A stretch of 64,000 bases of DNA, taken from NCBI GenBank assembly GCA_033763315.1, contig JANRKS010000017.1:1-64000 (forward strand), in the 5' to 3' direction. This document shows, piece by piece, positions 27,911 through 37,875 of this stretch. Positions within the stretch are counted from its first letter, which is position 1, and every line of letters begins with the position of its first letter. This stretch comes from Deltaproteobacteria bacterium (lineage in GTDB: Bacteria; Myxococcota_A; Polyangia; Fen-1088). A program made the position numbers and the translations under genes. Under the pieces are notes generated by a model. The model did not search any database. It was given only the letters and a program-made list of their open reading frames with translations, and was not told the origin of the DNA.

Positions 27911-30598
27911 TTGAATAAGCCCATCCCGTTCGGAAAGTACTATCTCCTTGAGCGGATCAATGTCGGGGGGATGGCAGAAGTCTTCAAAGCCAAAGCCTTC
28001 GGTGTTGAAGGTTTTGAACGCTTGATCGCGGTCAAACGCATTCTTCCGAACATCGCCGAGGACGAAGAGTTCATCACGATGTTCATCGACGAGGCCAAGA
28101 TCGCCGGCCAGCTGCAACACGCCAACGTCGCGCAGATTTTTGATCTAGGCAAAGTCGACGACAGCTACTTCATCGCGATGGAGTACGTGCACGGCAAGGA
28201 CCTGCGCGCCATCTTCGATCATCTGCGGAAGCTGGACATGACCATGCCCATTCCGCACCTGTGTTACACGCTGATGCAGGTATGCGAAGGTCTCGACTTT
28301 GCGCACAACAAGAAAGACGTCAGCGGTCGCGCGCTTAACCTGGTTCACCGCGACGTTTCGCCACAGAACATTCTGATTGGCTACGAAGGCGAAGTGAAGC
28401 TGGTTGACTTCGGCATCGCCAAGGCGGCCGGGAAGGCTTCCAAAACACAAGCGGGCATTCTGAAGGGCAAGTTCGGGTATATGTCGCCTGAACAGGTCCG
28501 GGGCCTGCCTGTGGACCGCCGCAGCGACATCTTCTCGGCCGGCATCTGCCTTTACGAGATGTTGACGGGCGAGCGTCTGTTCATCGGTGAGAGCGATTTT
28601 TCAACGTTGGAGAAAGTGCGGAACGTGGAGATCACGCCGCCCACGCGCTTTAACAAGAAGATCCCCGCCGAGCTTGAACGCATCGTGCTCAAAGCCCTGG
28701 CGAAAGAGCCCGAAGATCGCTACCAGAACGCGATCGACCTTCACGACGATTTACAGGCGTTCCTTTACTCAGTGGGGGAGCTGTGTTCTCGCAAAGATCT
28801 CGCTGGCTGGATGAAACGTTCCTACGCCGCCGAGATCGAGGAGGACATCGCCAACCTCGAACAATACCGACAACTGTCTTCACCCATGACCAACGACCAA
28901 GAAGTACAAGGTAGTAGGGGATCCTCAGGCGCCAAGAGCAAAGGCCGCGGCGGTGGCCTTGAGTGGGATGACGAAGAGTTGGAAACCCAAATCTTCGACA
29001 AAGCGCCGGGGATGGATGAACTGCAGCTTGAATCCGACGAAGAGCTGACGTCCGCCGACATCTTTGTTGGGGAAGGGGCAGGGCAACAGCGCTCCGAAGC
29101 GCCGACGCACGAATCATTCCCCAAGGGCGCACCCAAGGCGGCGCCGGGCTTCTTTGAAGCTGACGATCAAACGGTGGCACAATCACCGTCTGAATTGCTC
29201 TTGGCCGAGCTTGAAAACGGTGGCGGTGCAACCACCGAGGTTCAGCCGGCCTATCAACAAGCCGCGCTGGTGAACGGCCTGCCTTCGCCCAATGGCAGCT
29301 ATGGATCCAATGGCCGTGGCTTGCCGCCGCCCTCGGGCAGCCTGGGGGCCGATATCTTCTCTTCGGTAGGTCCTTTGCCCAACACAGGCAACGCGCCGCT
29401 CGCGCAAAACGTGTGGGGGCCCTCCGCAGCACAACCCCGCGCCTCCACCACTTTGCCGTTCGGAATGCCGGCGCCCGCACAGGGGCAAGCCCCGACCGGA
29501 TATCAGGCGCCTGCCTCGTACCAAGCGCCCCCGCCTCGCGCGGCGCTTTCCCATCTTGGTCCGCAACCCAAGAAGGGCGGTCTGCCGATCACGTGGATCG
29601 TCGTGGCGTTGTTGGTCGTGGGTGCGGGCGTCTTCGCGGTGTCGCAGATGAACCGAGCGGGCCAGCTGGCTTTGCAAATCTCTCCCGAAGACGCCGAGGT
29701 TTTGATCGACGATCAGCCGATCAAAGGCACGTTCCCGCAAACGATCGAACGCAATCCAGGCGACTACATCGTTTCAGTCAGCGCCCCCGGCTATGACAAA
29801 GTTGTAAAGAACATCGAAGTCAAAGCGGGTACGAAAGAAGTTGTAGAGTTGAAGCTGCGTGCATCGCCTGACACTGGCTTTGAGCTCACCAGCGAACCGC
29901 CTGATCGTCCTGTGTGGCTTGACGGCAAGCCGTTGACCGCCGGTGAAGATGGTTCGGGGCCGCAGATTCGCACCAACTTCAAAGCGGATCGTGTGGCGCC
30001 TGGCAAACACGTGTTGGAGATCAAAGACAACCCCGACTTCAAAGACTGGCGTTACGAGTTTGTGCAGGAGCCTGGCCGCATCCTGAAGGTGCAAGCCACG
30101 CTTGAGCCGAAAGAGGGTGGCAAACCCGCGGAAGGCAACCGACCCAAGCCCGCCGCGGCTCCCGCGCCTGCACCTGTGGCGGCGGCACCGAAGCCAGCGC
30201 CAGCGCCCGTCGCCGCGCCCGAACCTGCCGCAGAACCTGAGGCAAAGCCAGAACCCGTGAAGCCCAAGCCGGCGCCCGTGGCCGCGGCGCCTAGGCCGGT
30301 CGCAGCGCCCAAGCCCGCCCCTGCACCTGCCCCGGCACCCGTGGCCGCCAAGCCAAAACCAGCGGCGGGTGGTGAAACCTGTTTGATCACCGTGGGCGCA
30401 AAGCCTTGGGCCAAGGTCTTTATCGACGGCGAAGACACCGGCAAGATCACGCCGCTTGTCGGGCATCAAGTGCCCTGCGGCAAACACAAGCTCAAGTTCG
30501 TGAACCCGGATCTACAGATCGAGAAGACCGAAGTTATCACCGTAAAGGCTGACCAGCCCTTCAAGAAGGTGTTCGCGCTCGTCGATGCACAAGAGTGA
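27911..30598 (+). CDS. Hanks-type Ser/Thr protein kinase with a TM helix and PEGA domains
   Basis: FGKYYLLERINVGGMAEV, AVKRIL, HRDVSPQN, DFG, YMSPEQ, DIFSAG; TM segment ITWIVVALLVVGAGVFAV; PEGA repeats; Pro/Ala/Lys linker. Likely TTG start. Confidence 0.95.
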   Translation: MNKPIPFGKYYLLERINVGGMAEVFKAKAFGVEGFERLIAVKRILPNIAEDEEFITMFIDEAKIAGQLQHANVAQIFDLGKVDDSYFIAMEYVHGKDLRAIFDHLRKLDMTMPIPHLCYTLMQVCEGLDFAHNKKDVSGRALNLVHRDVSPQNILIGYEGEVKLVDFGIAKAAGKASKTQAGILKGKFGYMSPEQVRGLPVDRRSDIFSAGICLYEMLTGERLFIGESDFSTLEKVRNVEITPPTRFNKKIPAELERIVLKALAKEPEDRYQNAIDLHDDLQAFLYSVGELCSRKDLAGWMKRSYAAEIEEDIANLEQYRQLSSPMTNDQEVQGSRGSSGAKSKGRGGGLEWDDEELETQIFDKAPGMDELQLESDEELTSADIFVGEGAGQQRSEAPTHESFPKGAPKAAPGFFEADDQTVAQSPSELLLAELENGGGATTEVQPAYQQAALVNGLPSPNGSYGSNGRGLPPPSGSLGADIFSSVGPLPNTGNAPLAQNVWGPSAAQPRASTTLPFGMPAPAQGQAPTGYQAPASYQAPPPRAALSHLGPQPKKGGLPITWIVVALLVVGAGVFAVSQMNRAGQLALQISPEDAEVLIDDQPIKGTFPQTIERNPGDYIVSVSAPGYDKVVKNIEVKAGTKEVVELKLRASPDTGFELTSEPPDRPVWLDGKPLTAGEDGSGPQIRTNFKADRVAPGKHVLEIKDNPDFKDWRYEFVQEPGRILKVQATLEPKEGGKPAEGNRPKPAAAPAPAPVAAAPKPAPAPVAAPEPAAEPEAKPEPVKPKPAPVAAAPRPVAAPKPAPAPAPAPVAAKPKPAAGGETCLITVGAKPWAKVFIDGEDTGKITPLVGHQVPCGKHKLKFVNPDLQIEKTEVITVKADQPFKKVFALVDAQE

Positions 30599-30667
30599 TT
30601 GCCGTACTGGAATGTGGCGTTCGCACGTGTGACCCACGCCGGTGTGGCTTGTTGTTAGGAGACACGT

Positions 30668-32173
30668 GTGACCCTTCCTGGATCGTTTGAAGCCCAAGGC
30701 GCCGCTGGCGCCACCCCTCCCGCTCCCAGTCGCTCGGATGTTTTGCAGGCGGCGTGGGCGGAGTACTTTCGTCAGTTGGCCGTGCAGGACCCCAAGCACC
30801 CGGGCGCACGGGACATGATGAACGACGATCTGAGGGACGCGCTCACCCGTTTGATCCCGCCCGATGCCTCGGTGCTTGAGGTGGGCTGTGGCCGGGGCGA
30901 TTTGTTGGCCTCGCTGCCGCACGCTGAAAAGGCCGGCATTGATTTTGTGCCTGAGCTGATCGAACAAGCGCAAGCCCGGCACAGCAATATCGCGTTCTCT
31001 GTGGGCGACGTGTTGAGCGCGCCCGCCGATCGAAGGTTCGATGCGGTGGTGTGCGATCGCTTGTGCCACAGCGTCCTCGACATTAGGTCGTTGCTTTCGG
31101 GCTTGCGGGAGCGACTGAACCCAGGTGGTCGCATTTACCTCACAACGTTCAACGTGTTGTGGGAGCTGCCTTCGCGCTTGGCAGAGCGTGCCGGCTGGAA
31201 AGTGCCTTCGCCCACGGCGAATTGGTTGTCAGAGAGTGATTTCTCTACACTGTTCGATCTCACCGACTTAGAGGTGGTTCGGTTTGAGGATCGGCTCATG
31301 ATGCCGTTCGCGGTGCCGGGCCTCAGTGCACTTGTTAACAAATACCTGGTGAAGGCGCCTGGCCTCACGCGCACGGCGTTGTACCGCGTGTACGTGCTGC
31401 GTGCGCGGGCGGCGGTGCCCCAGCGGGTGCGCGTGGCGGAAACGAACCGAGGTCCGTCGGTCACTGTGGTGGTGCCGGCGCGCAACGAAGCGGGCAACAT
31501 CGCGGGCGCGGTTTACCGAACGCCGCTGATGGGGGCGGCCACCGAGATCATCTTCGTTGAGGGCGGTTCAAAAGACGCCACCTGGGAAACGATTCAAAAG
31601 ACGATCGCCGAATACAAAGGCCCGCTGCAGTTGTCAGCCTATAAGCAAACAGGCAAAGGCAAGGGCGACGCCGTGCGGTTGGGTTTCAGCCACGCCAAGG
31701 GCGACATCTTGATGATCCTGGACGCTGACCTCACGGTGCCCCCTGAGGATCTACCTGTGTTCTATGAAGCCGCCGCGCTTCGCCGCGCCGACTTTGTGCA
31801 AGGCACGCGGCTTGTGTATCCCATGGATCCGGGCGCCATGCGCTTTTTCAATAAGCTGGGGAACATCGGCTTCTCGCTGCTGTTCTCTTATCTTTTGCAG
31901 CAGCCTATCAAAGACACGTTGTGCGGAACGAAGGTGTTGTGGCGCAAAGACTATGAACGCATCGCCGCGGGCCGCGCTTACTTTGGCGATTTCGATCCGT
32001 TCGGCGATTTCGATCTCATCTTCGGTGCGGCGCGCTTGAACATGAAGATCAGCGAAGTGCCCGTGCGCTACCGCGATCGTGTGTATGGTGAGACGAACAT
32101 CGAGCGTTGGAAGCACGGCTGGCTGTTGCTGAAGATGTCGGCGGTGGCCGCGCGCAAGTTGAAGTTCGTGTGA
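30668..32173 (+). CDS. SAM-methyltransferase-like domain fused to a GT2 (DPM1/ArnC-like) glycosyltransferase
   Basis: VLEVGCGRG in the N-half; VVVPARNEAG, VEGGSKD, GKGKGDAVRLG, ILDADL, DTLCGTK, DPFGDFDL, EVPVRYRDR in the C-half. Confidence 0.9.
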   Translation: MTLPGSFEAQGAAGATPPAPSRSDVLQAAWAEYFRQLAVQDPKHPGARDMMNDDLRDALTRLIPPDASVLEVGCGRGDLLASLPHAEKAGIDFVPELIEQAQARHSNIAFSVGDVLSAPADRRFDAVVCDRLCHSVLDIRSLLSGLRERLNPGGRIYLTTFNVLWELPSRLAERAGWKVPSPTANWLSESDFSTLFDLTDLEVVRFEDRLMMPFAVPGLSALVNKYLVKAPGLTRTALYRVYVLRARAAVPQRVRVAETNRGPSVTVVVPARNEAGNIAGAVYRTPLMGAATEIIFVEGGSKDATWETIQKTIAEYKGPLQLSAYKQTGKGKGDAVRLGFSHAKGDILMILDADLTVPPEDLPVFYEAAALRRADFVQGTRLVYPMDPGAMRFFNKLGNIGFSLLFSYLLQQPIKDTLCGTKVLWRKDYERIAAGRAYFGDFDPFGDFDLIFGAARLNMKISEVPVRYRDRVYGETNIERWKHGWLLLKMSAVAARKLKFV

Positions 32174-32931
32174 TGTCTGCCTTGCCTGCGGCTAACGAAC
32201 GCGCGCGCGCTCGGTTTACGGAACATAGGCTTGCTTTCGAGCGCAACGAGCCGCTGCGTTCGCTTTACGAAGAATGGTATGGGCGCGTGGGCAGTCATTT
32301 GCCCTCGCACGCGTTGGGGCCCGTGGTCGAGCTTGGCTCAGGCCCGGGGCTCGCGTCGGGCTTTCTGCCGCAGATGCTGCTCACCGATGTTGTGCGCGCG
32401 CCTTGGCACCATCTGCTGGTGGCGGCCGAGGATCTGCCGTTTGCCAGTGGCACTGTGGGCGCGCTGGTGTTGTTCGATGTGCTGCACCATTTGCCGTCGC
32501 CCGAGCGCTTCTTTCGCGAAGCGATGCGCGCGTTGGCCCCCGGGGGCCGCATCGTCGTGTGTGATCCCTACATCAGCCCGGTTTCGTATCCCGTGTTTGG
32601 CTGGCTGCATGAAGAGGGTTTCGACTTCTCGGTGGATCCGTTCTCGCCCACGTGGCCCGCCGGAAAGGATCCATTTGCGGGCAACCAAGCGGTGGCCACA
32701 CAATTGTTCTTCCGAAAGTGGGGCGCGTTCGAGGAGAAGTTCCCCGCGCTTCGCTTGGTAACACGTGAACGCTTCGCGGGCCTGTCTTACCCGCTGGCGG
32801 GAGGTTTTGGTCGCAAGCCGTTCGTGCCCACACGCGCGTGGAACCTGCTCAAACGTGCAGAATCTTGGCTGCCTTCGGCCGCCTTCGCGTGGACCGGCTT
32901 TCGTACGCTCGTTGTTTTAGAACGCCGCTAA
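32173..32931 (+). CDS. Class I SAM-dependent methyltransferase
   Basis: VELGSGPG, AEDLPF, FDVLHHL, RALAPGG; TGATG coupling to the upstream gene. Confidence 0.85.
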   Translation: MSALPAANERARARFTEHRLAFERNEPLRSLYEEWYGRVGSHLPSHALGPVVELGSGPGLASGFLPQMLLTDVVRAPWHHLLVAAEDLPFASGTVGALVLFDVLHHLPSPERFFREAMRALAPGGRIVVCDPYISPVSYPVFGWLHEEGFDFSVDPFSPTWPAGKDPFAGNQAVATQLFFRKWGAFEEKFPALRLVTRERFAGLSYPLAGGFGRKPFVPTRAWNLLKRAESWLPSAAFAWTGFRTLVVLERR

Positions 32932-32933
32932 GG

Positions 32934-33578
32934 TCACGAGCGTTTGCGCCAAGACGCGCACTGGTAAAGCGCCGTTGTGACGGTAGCAAAAGGTGGAAAG
33001 GCCACGCGGGCCTGCGGCTGCAAGACCTTGCTCAAGGCGGCGGCAATTTGTGCTGGCGGCGCCACGTGATCGTCATCGATGTTCTTATAACCGATCACGT
33101 CGAAGGCTTTGGTCATCAGGGCGCTGACCATAGGGTAGCCCGTGACGAGCGTGCCACCCGGTGCCAAGGCATGCGCCAAACTGCGCGCGGCGCCTTCACT
33201 GTCTGCAATGTGCTCGAGCACGGAAAAACACACGATGGCGTCGAAGGCATTGGCAGGCAGGGTGCTGGGATCCAGCAGATCGGCCGAAACAAACGAAGCG
33301 TCGCATCCTGCACTCACCAGCCTTTGGAGGTTGGCCGCCAAGACCAAGTCGGTGCCCGTATAACGTCGGTAGTGTGACGTCAGTGTGGGCACCAAGATGC
33401 CGCTGCCCACGCCCACCTCCAGAATGCTTTGGCCACCAGCGGGCAACAGATCCAGCCCCATTTGCAGGCGATGGCGGTAAAGCCAACCTGTGCTGCGCTT
33501 GTAATAAAACGGCAGCGGGTCCTTTTCATTGTTGGGCGTGATCTGATCGCGTGGGGGCAGGGCGAAGCGAATCATCAT
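32934..33578 (-). CDS. Class I SAM-dependent methyltransferase
   Basis: ILEVGVGSG, FDAIVCFSVLEHI, LAPGGTL. Confidence 0.85.
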   Translation of the reverse strand: MMIRFALPPRDQITPNNEKDPLPFYYKRSTGWLYRHRLQMGLDLLPAGGQSILEVGVGSGILVPTLTSHYRRYTGTDLVLAANLQRLVSAGCDASFVSADLLDPSTLPANAFDAIVCFSVLEHIADSEGAARSLAHALAPGGTLVTGYPMVSALMTKAFDVIGYKNIDDDHVAPPAQIAAALSKVLQPQARVAFPPFATVTTALYQCASWRKRS

Positions 33579-33602
33579 GAGCGAGCCGATTATAAGGCGA
33601 AG

Positions 33603-34622
33603 TCAGGGCGGTAGCCCACACACTTCCGGTCGCGGCACCGCGTTGTCGATGAAGTCATCGACGGCAGCTTTGACTTCGGGGCGCACCCATGCGGCGTCGC
33701 CGTGGCGTCCCCGCGGCACCAAAGTTAACTCCACGGGCACGTTTACCTTGAGCAACGCCTCGGCCAACCGTTGCGACTGTGGCCACGGCACCGTGCAGTC
33801 GCTGTCGCCATGCTGAATCAAGAACGGAGGCGCGCTTGATGTGACGTAGGTGATGGGGCTCGCTGCGCGTGCACGCGCGCCGCACTTGCGCACCTCGCAG
33901 CCGATCAGTTTCGACTCGGGCGATTGCGCGCACGTGTGACATTTACGCTGTGGGCACGTGCTGCCGAAATCGGCATCAAATGGCACAAAGCTTGAAGGGC
34001 CCCACCAATCGATCACGCCGCGCACGGCCGTGCTCACCTTCACGAACGGATCGTCAGAACGATCAAAATTCGGGAGGCGTCTTTGATCGTGCGTCAGCCC
34101 CACCAGCGCGGCCAAGTGCCCGCCTGCAGAAGAGCCCCACAACACCACGTTTGAAGGCGAGAGGTTGAAATCGTCGGCCTTCGCTTTGAGAAACCGCAGC
34201 GCTGCGCGGACATCTGCAACCTGCGCGGGGAACACGGCCTCCCGCGAGAGCCGGTAGTCAACGGTGGCAACGGCGTAGCCGCGGCAGGCTTGCCGAAGCG
34301 CAAATAGCGCCACCGACTCTCGCGAGCCGCCTGACCACCCGCCCCCGTGGATCCACATCACCCACGGCATCGGCTGTTCCCGTGGCGTCTGCGGCAGATA
34401 CAGGTCTAACTGGTTGTGCTTGCCCCGTGCATAAGCGACGTTCGCGATCTTTTGGCCCACACAGGCATCGATCGCGCGCGAGACCAACGCGGGCGCCTCA
34501 ACCGTGCTCGCCGAGGTCGAAATGGCGTGGCCTCCCCGCGGCTTGCACCCTCCGAGCATGGCAAGGCAGATCAGCCGAACGCCGAACCCGCTCCAAATGA
34601 ACACTCTGCACCGAACACGCAA
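33603..34622 (-). CDS. Exported alpha/beta hydrolase (BD-FAE/HSL-like esterase), probable lipoprotein
   Basis: LDLYLP, WIHGGGW, VDYRLS, GSSAGGHLA, HGDSDCTVP, GRHG; LGGC lipobox. Confidence 0.85.
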   Translation of the reverse strand: MRVRCRVFIWSGFGVRLICLAMLGGCKPRGGHAISTSASTVEAPALVSRAIDACVGQKIANVAYARGKHNQLDLYLPQTPREQPMPWVMWIHGGGWSGGSRESVALFALRQACRGYAVATVDYRLSREAVFPAQVADVRAALRFLKAKADDFNLSPSNVVLWGSSAGGHLAALVGLTHDQRRLPNFDRSDDPFVKVSTAVRGVIDWWGPSSFVPFDADFGSTCPQRKCHTCAQSPESKLIGCEVRKCGARARAASPITYVTSSAPPFLIQHGDSDCTVPWPQSQRLAEALLKVNVPVELTLVPRGRHGDAAWVRPEVKAAVDDFIDNAVPRPEVCGLPP

Positions 34623-34681
34623 GCGTTGGAAGTCTGTACACGCGCACGGCGTCGCGCAAGCTCCTGCATCGCGTAACGCGC

Positions 34682-35614
34682 TCAGTGTGGTTCTGCCGGA
34701 GACAGGTCTGCCGTGTCATCGGCAGGATCTACCAAAGTGTTCCGCAGGCGTGCGTAAGGCGCGAACCGGCGGCCCGTAAGTAACGAAAACGCCTCGGGCG
34801 CGTAAGGGAAGCGTGTACTGGTAATTATCTTCAGCTTGGCGGCCTGTAAGGCAAAGCTGCTCACGAACTGTTCCCCTATCAGTCGCTTAAGCTGCGCTGA
34901 AATGTTGGCGCGCGTTTCTTCGTCAGACGTGGCAGCGTATGTCTGTTCAAGATGCTTGATCGCCATCTCGCGCTCCCCCTGTTTGCTCAGCATTCCCGCC
35001 ACCAACGTTGGGTACCAGGGCGGAACCTCGTCGAACAACGTCGCGTGCCGCAGGGCCTCGATGCCTTCCTTCTTCCAGCCTGGAATCCGCTTATCGTCGG
35101 CGGGCACGACGCCGGGCATTTCGTAGTAAAGGTTAAAACCCAGCTGAAAGTACAACTCCCACGAACCGGGAAAAATCTTGAGGCCTCGTCGCAGCAGCGT
35201 GGTGGCGGCTTCAACGTTCTCGAACGTCACTTTGCTGGTGCTGTACATCAGCATCACCGCGCCTCTGCGGTAAAGTGGCTCGAAATAGGGATCTAACTCG
35301 ACAACCGCGTTGAGGTACCATGCCAACCAGCGGTGTTGGCCCTTCTTCTCAACTTGGTCGCCAAAGTAGATGTTCGCCCGCGCCGCGAGTAGATCAGCCA
35401 GCAACTCGTGGTGGCCAAGGCTTGCCACCTTCAATGCCTTGGCTGGGGGCAGATACAGGATGTCCGCTTCCGCCGGCCATGCAGATCGTGCGCGTGTGGC
35501 CCGTTGTCGTGCCCATTCTGCCGTGCCTGCCATGATCGCCACGGCGACGAGGGCGATGAGGGCCCACAGCCATGGGACTTGCCTTGTTCGTGCAGGCTGT
35601 TGCGTCTGGTTCAC
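34682..35614 (-). CDS. PilG/XapA-like membrane-anchored TPR protein
   Basis: N-terminal TM; LADLL..RANIYFG, VVELDPYF, LLRRGLKIFPGSWELYFQLGFNLYY pattern recalled from genes downstream of pilA in Myxococcota/Geobacter; lies directly after pilR. Confidence 0.55.
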   Translation of the reverse strand: MNQTQQPARTRQVPWLWALIALVAVAIMAGTAEWARQRATRARSAWPAEADILYLPPAKALKVASLGHHELLADLLAARANIYFGDQVEKKGQHRWLAWYLNAVVELDPYFEPLYRRGAVMLMYSTSKVTFENVEAATTLLRRGLKIFPGSWELYFQLGFNLYYEMPGVVPADDKRIPGWKKEGIEALRHATLFDEVPPWYPTLVAGMLSKQGEREMAIKHLEQTYAATSDEETRANISAQLKRLIGEQFVSSFALQAAKLKIITSTRFPYAPEAFSLLTGRRFAPYARLRNTLVDPADDTADLSPAEPH

Positions 35615-35623
35615 AGCGTGGCC

Positions 35624-37062
35624 TCAGGAAGAGGGCTCCTCTGGCCCTGCATTGTCGTTGCTGGCTTCCGAGCCCGATATGCCTAGTTTCGATAGGCGGT
35701 ATCGCAAAGAACGAAACGTCACGCCCAATACACGCGCCGCTTCTGTGCGGTTGCCATCGGTGCGTTCTAACGCCTTCATGATCAGGGCTCGTTCGAAATC
35801 AGCCACAACACGCTCAAGGTCGATGCCTTCGCTCGGCAGATTCATCGACGGCACGCCGTCATCCGCTTGCGCGGTGTTGGCCAACGGCGGAAGGCTTTCC
35901 TTGGTGATGCGATCACCCGACGACAAGGTGACCGCGCGTTCGATAAGGTTTTCAAGCTCACGCACGTTGCCCGGAAAGTTGTGACCCACAAGCGCGGACA
36001 AAGCGTCAGGTTCGATGCCAGTGATCGTGCGCGCGTGTTCGGCGCCGAACTTTCGAATGAAATGCTCTGCCAAAATCGGCACGTCTTCGCGGCGCTCGCG
36101 CAGCGGCGGCACGCGGATCTGAATCACGTTCAACCGGTAATAGAGATCCTGCCGAAAGGTGCCGTTCTCAACTTCAGCTTCCAAATCACGGTTTGTCGCT
36201 GCCACAACGCGCACGTCGATTTCGGTTTCGGTGAGACTGCCCACGCGCTTGACTTTGCGCTCTTGCAACGCGCGCAGCAGCTTCACTTGCATGGCCAAGG
36301 GAAGTTCGCCCACTTCGTCGAGCAACAGCGTGCCACCGGTGGCCGCTTCAAAAAGGCCCGGCTTGTCAACGGTGGCGCCGGTGAACGCACCCTTGATGTG
36401 CCCGAACAATTCGCTCTCCAACAAAGCCTCGGGAATGGCACCGCAGTTGACCGCCACGAACGGACGATCGTTGCGTGGCGAAAGCTCGTGCAGCGCGCGC
36501 GCCAGCAATTCCTTGCCGGTGCCGGATTCGCCGATCAGCAACACACTTGTGCGCGCCGGAGCGATCTTCTGGATCATATCGAACAGGCGCTGCATGGGTG
36601 GCGATTTGCCGATGAGGCGCGCCAGCTTGTAGCGGCCCTTGATCTCATCGCGCAATACCACGTTCTGGCGATGCAGCATCCGGCGTTCGAGCGCCGCTCC
36701 ACCACCAAACCCACCTCTTCAACCTTGAACGGCTTCGTCAGGTAATCGTAGGCTCCGGCTTTCATGGCGGCGATGGCCGTTTCCGCCGTGGCAAATGCCG
36801 TCACAACGATCACTTGTGTATCGGGTCGCAAGCTCTTCGCGGCGGCCAACACCTGCAATCCACTGACGTCGGCCGTCATCCGCAGGTCAGTGATAACAAC
36901 ATCGTATTCTTTGGCACGCAGAGCGGTCTGCGCTTCCTCGCTTCCAGGCACGGCCTCCACCCGGTGGCCCGCGCGGCGAAGATAGATTGCCAAGAACTCG
37001 CGCATGGAGCGCTCGTCGTCAACAATCAGAATGTCGCCGGTGAGGTTCGGGGTTTGGGTCAT
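35624..37062 (-). pseudogene. pilR: Sigma54-dependent response regulator PilR-like, split by a 1-nt frameshift at about 36694 (pseudogene or sequencing error)
   Basis: Receiver (ILIVDDE..ITDLRM..VTAF..YLTKPF) in one frame; AAA+ (GESGTGKE, ESELFGH..GAFTGA, LDEVGE) and HTH (LGVTFRSLRYRL) in another. Adding one G restores VVERALERRMLHRQN. Confidence 0.85.
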
Positions 37063-37787
37063 CAGGCCTTCTTGCGTGCGATGAGAATGACGAAGCCGCC
37101 CAGGTTGCGCAGCAGTGGCAGGTCGCACGCCTTGTGCTCTGCCCATGAAAACAATTTGCCCAAGGGTGCCAATTTGAACACCGACGAAGTGGGGGTGAAG
37201 ATGCGTACGCCGCGCGTGCCCACGAGCTCAACATTGGCAGGCAGATAACTCGCCGCTTGCTCAACCGTGTCGTAGCGGGTGAACACATCGTGATCGGTGG
37301 TGCTCTGGTTGATCGTCTGGGGGCCGCCGTATTTCTTTGTGAGGTAGCGCAACGAATACGGGTTGTAGAACTCGAGCAGCAGGTGTCCACCTGGGCGCAC
37401 CAGACGAGCTAGTTCGGCGAGCGCTTCTTTGATGGGTGGTACGTGGGCCAGCACCTTCATGCTGTACACCAGATCCATGCACGCGTCGGGCAGCGGGACC
37501 GCGGTGACCGAGCCTTGCACCACGTTGAGCCCACGCTGTGTGGCTGTGCTCAACATGCCTCGAGACAGATCTAAGCCTGTGGTGGACTTGGCCACGCGGC
37601 TCGCCTCACGCAGCAGCAGGCCCGTGCCGCAGCCCGCCTCGAACACATCGCGGTCACGGCCATAGCGTTCGATGAGCTGGCCTTCCAACTCGTCGAGCAT
37701 GCGGTGGTAACCATGGTGTCGCTCGCGCTCGTACGTTTGCGAGAACTGGTCGTAGTAAGCCTGGGTCGATGTGGGGGAAGAGGTCAT
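37062..37787 (-). CDS. Class I SAM-dependent methyltransferase
   Basis: FEAGCGTG, GLDLSRGML, KVLAHVP, RPGGHL; its TGA overlaps the pilR ATG. Confidence 0.9.
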   Translation of the reverse strand: MTSSPTSTQAYYDQFSQTYERERHHGYHRMLDELEGQLIERYGRDRDVFEAGCGTGLLLREASRVAKSTTGLDLSRGMLSTATQRGLNVVQGSVTAVPLPDACMDLVYSMKVLAHVPPIKEALAELARLVRPGGHLLLEFYNPYSLRYLTKKYGGPQTINQSTTDHDVFTRYDTVEQAASYLPANVELVGTRGVRIFTPTSSVFKLAPLGKLFSWAEHKACDLPLLRNLGGFVILIARKKA

Positions 37788-37875
37788 AAGTTCGCGTAAC
37801 CTGACGCGATTATGAGGTTAAAAGGCAAGATTTGCGAGCTTGTTGATGGGGGCGCCTTGCCCCACACATCGGCCG

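Noticed and set aside
30120-30370. Repetitive GC-rich DNA
   Set aside because: Encodes the Pro/Ala/Lys linker of the kinase; not a CRISPR or non-coding array.
33925-33960. CPQRKCHTC in the esterase as a heme-binding site
   Set aside because: Not CXXCH; more likely disulfides in an exported lid region.
36574-36700. Programmed ribosomal frameshift in pilR
   Set aside because: No X XXY YYZ slippery site or evident stimulator; error or mutation is more parsimonious.
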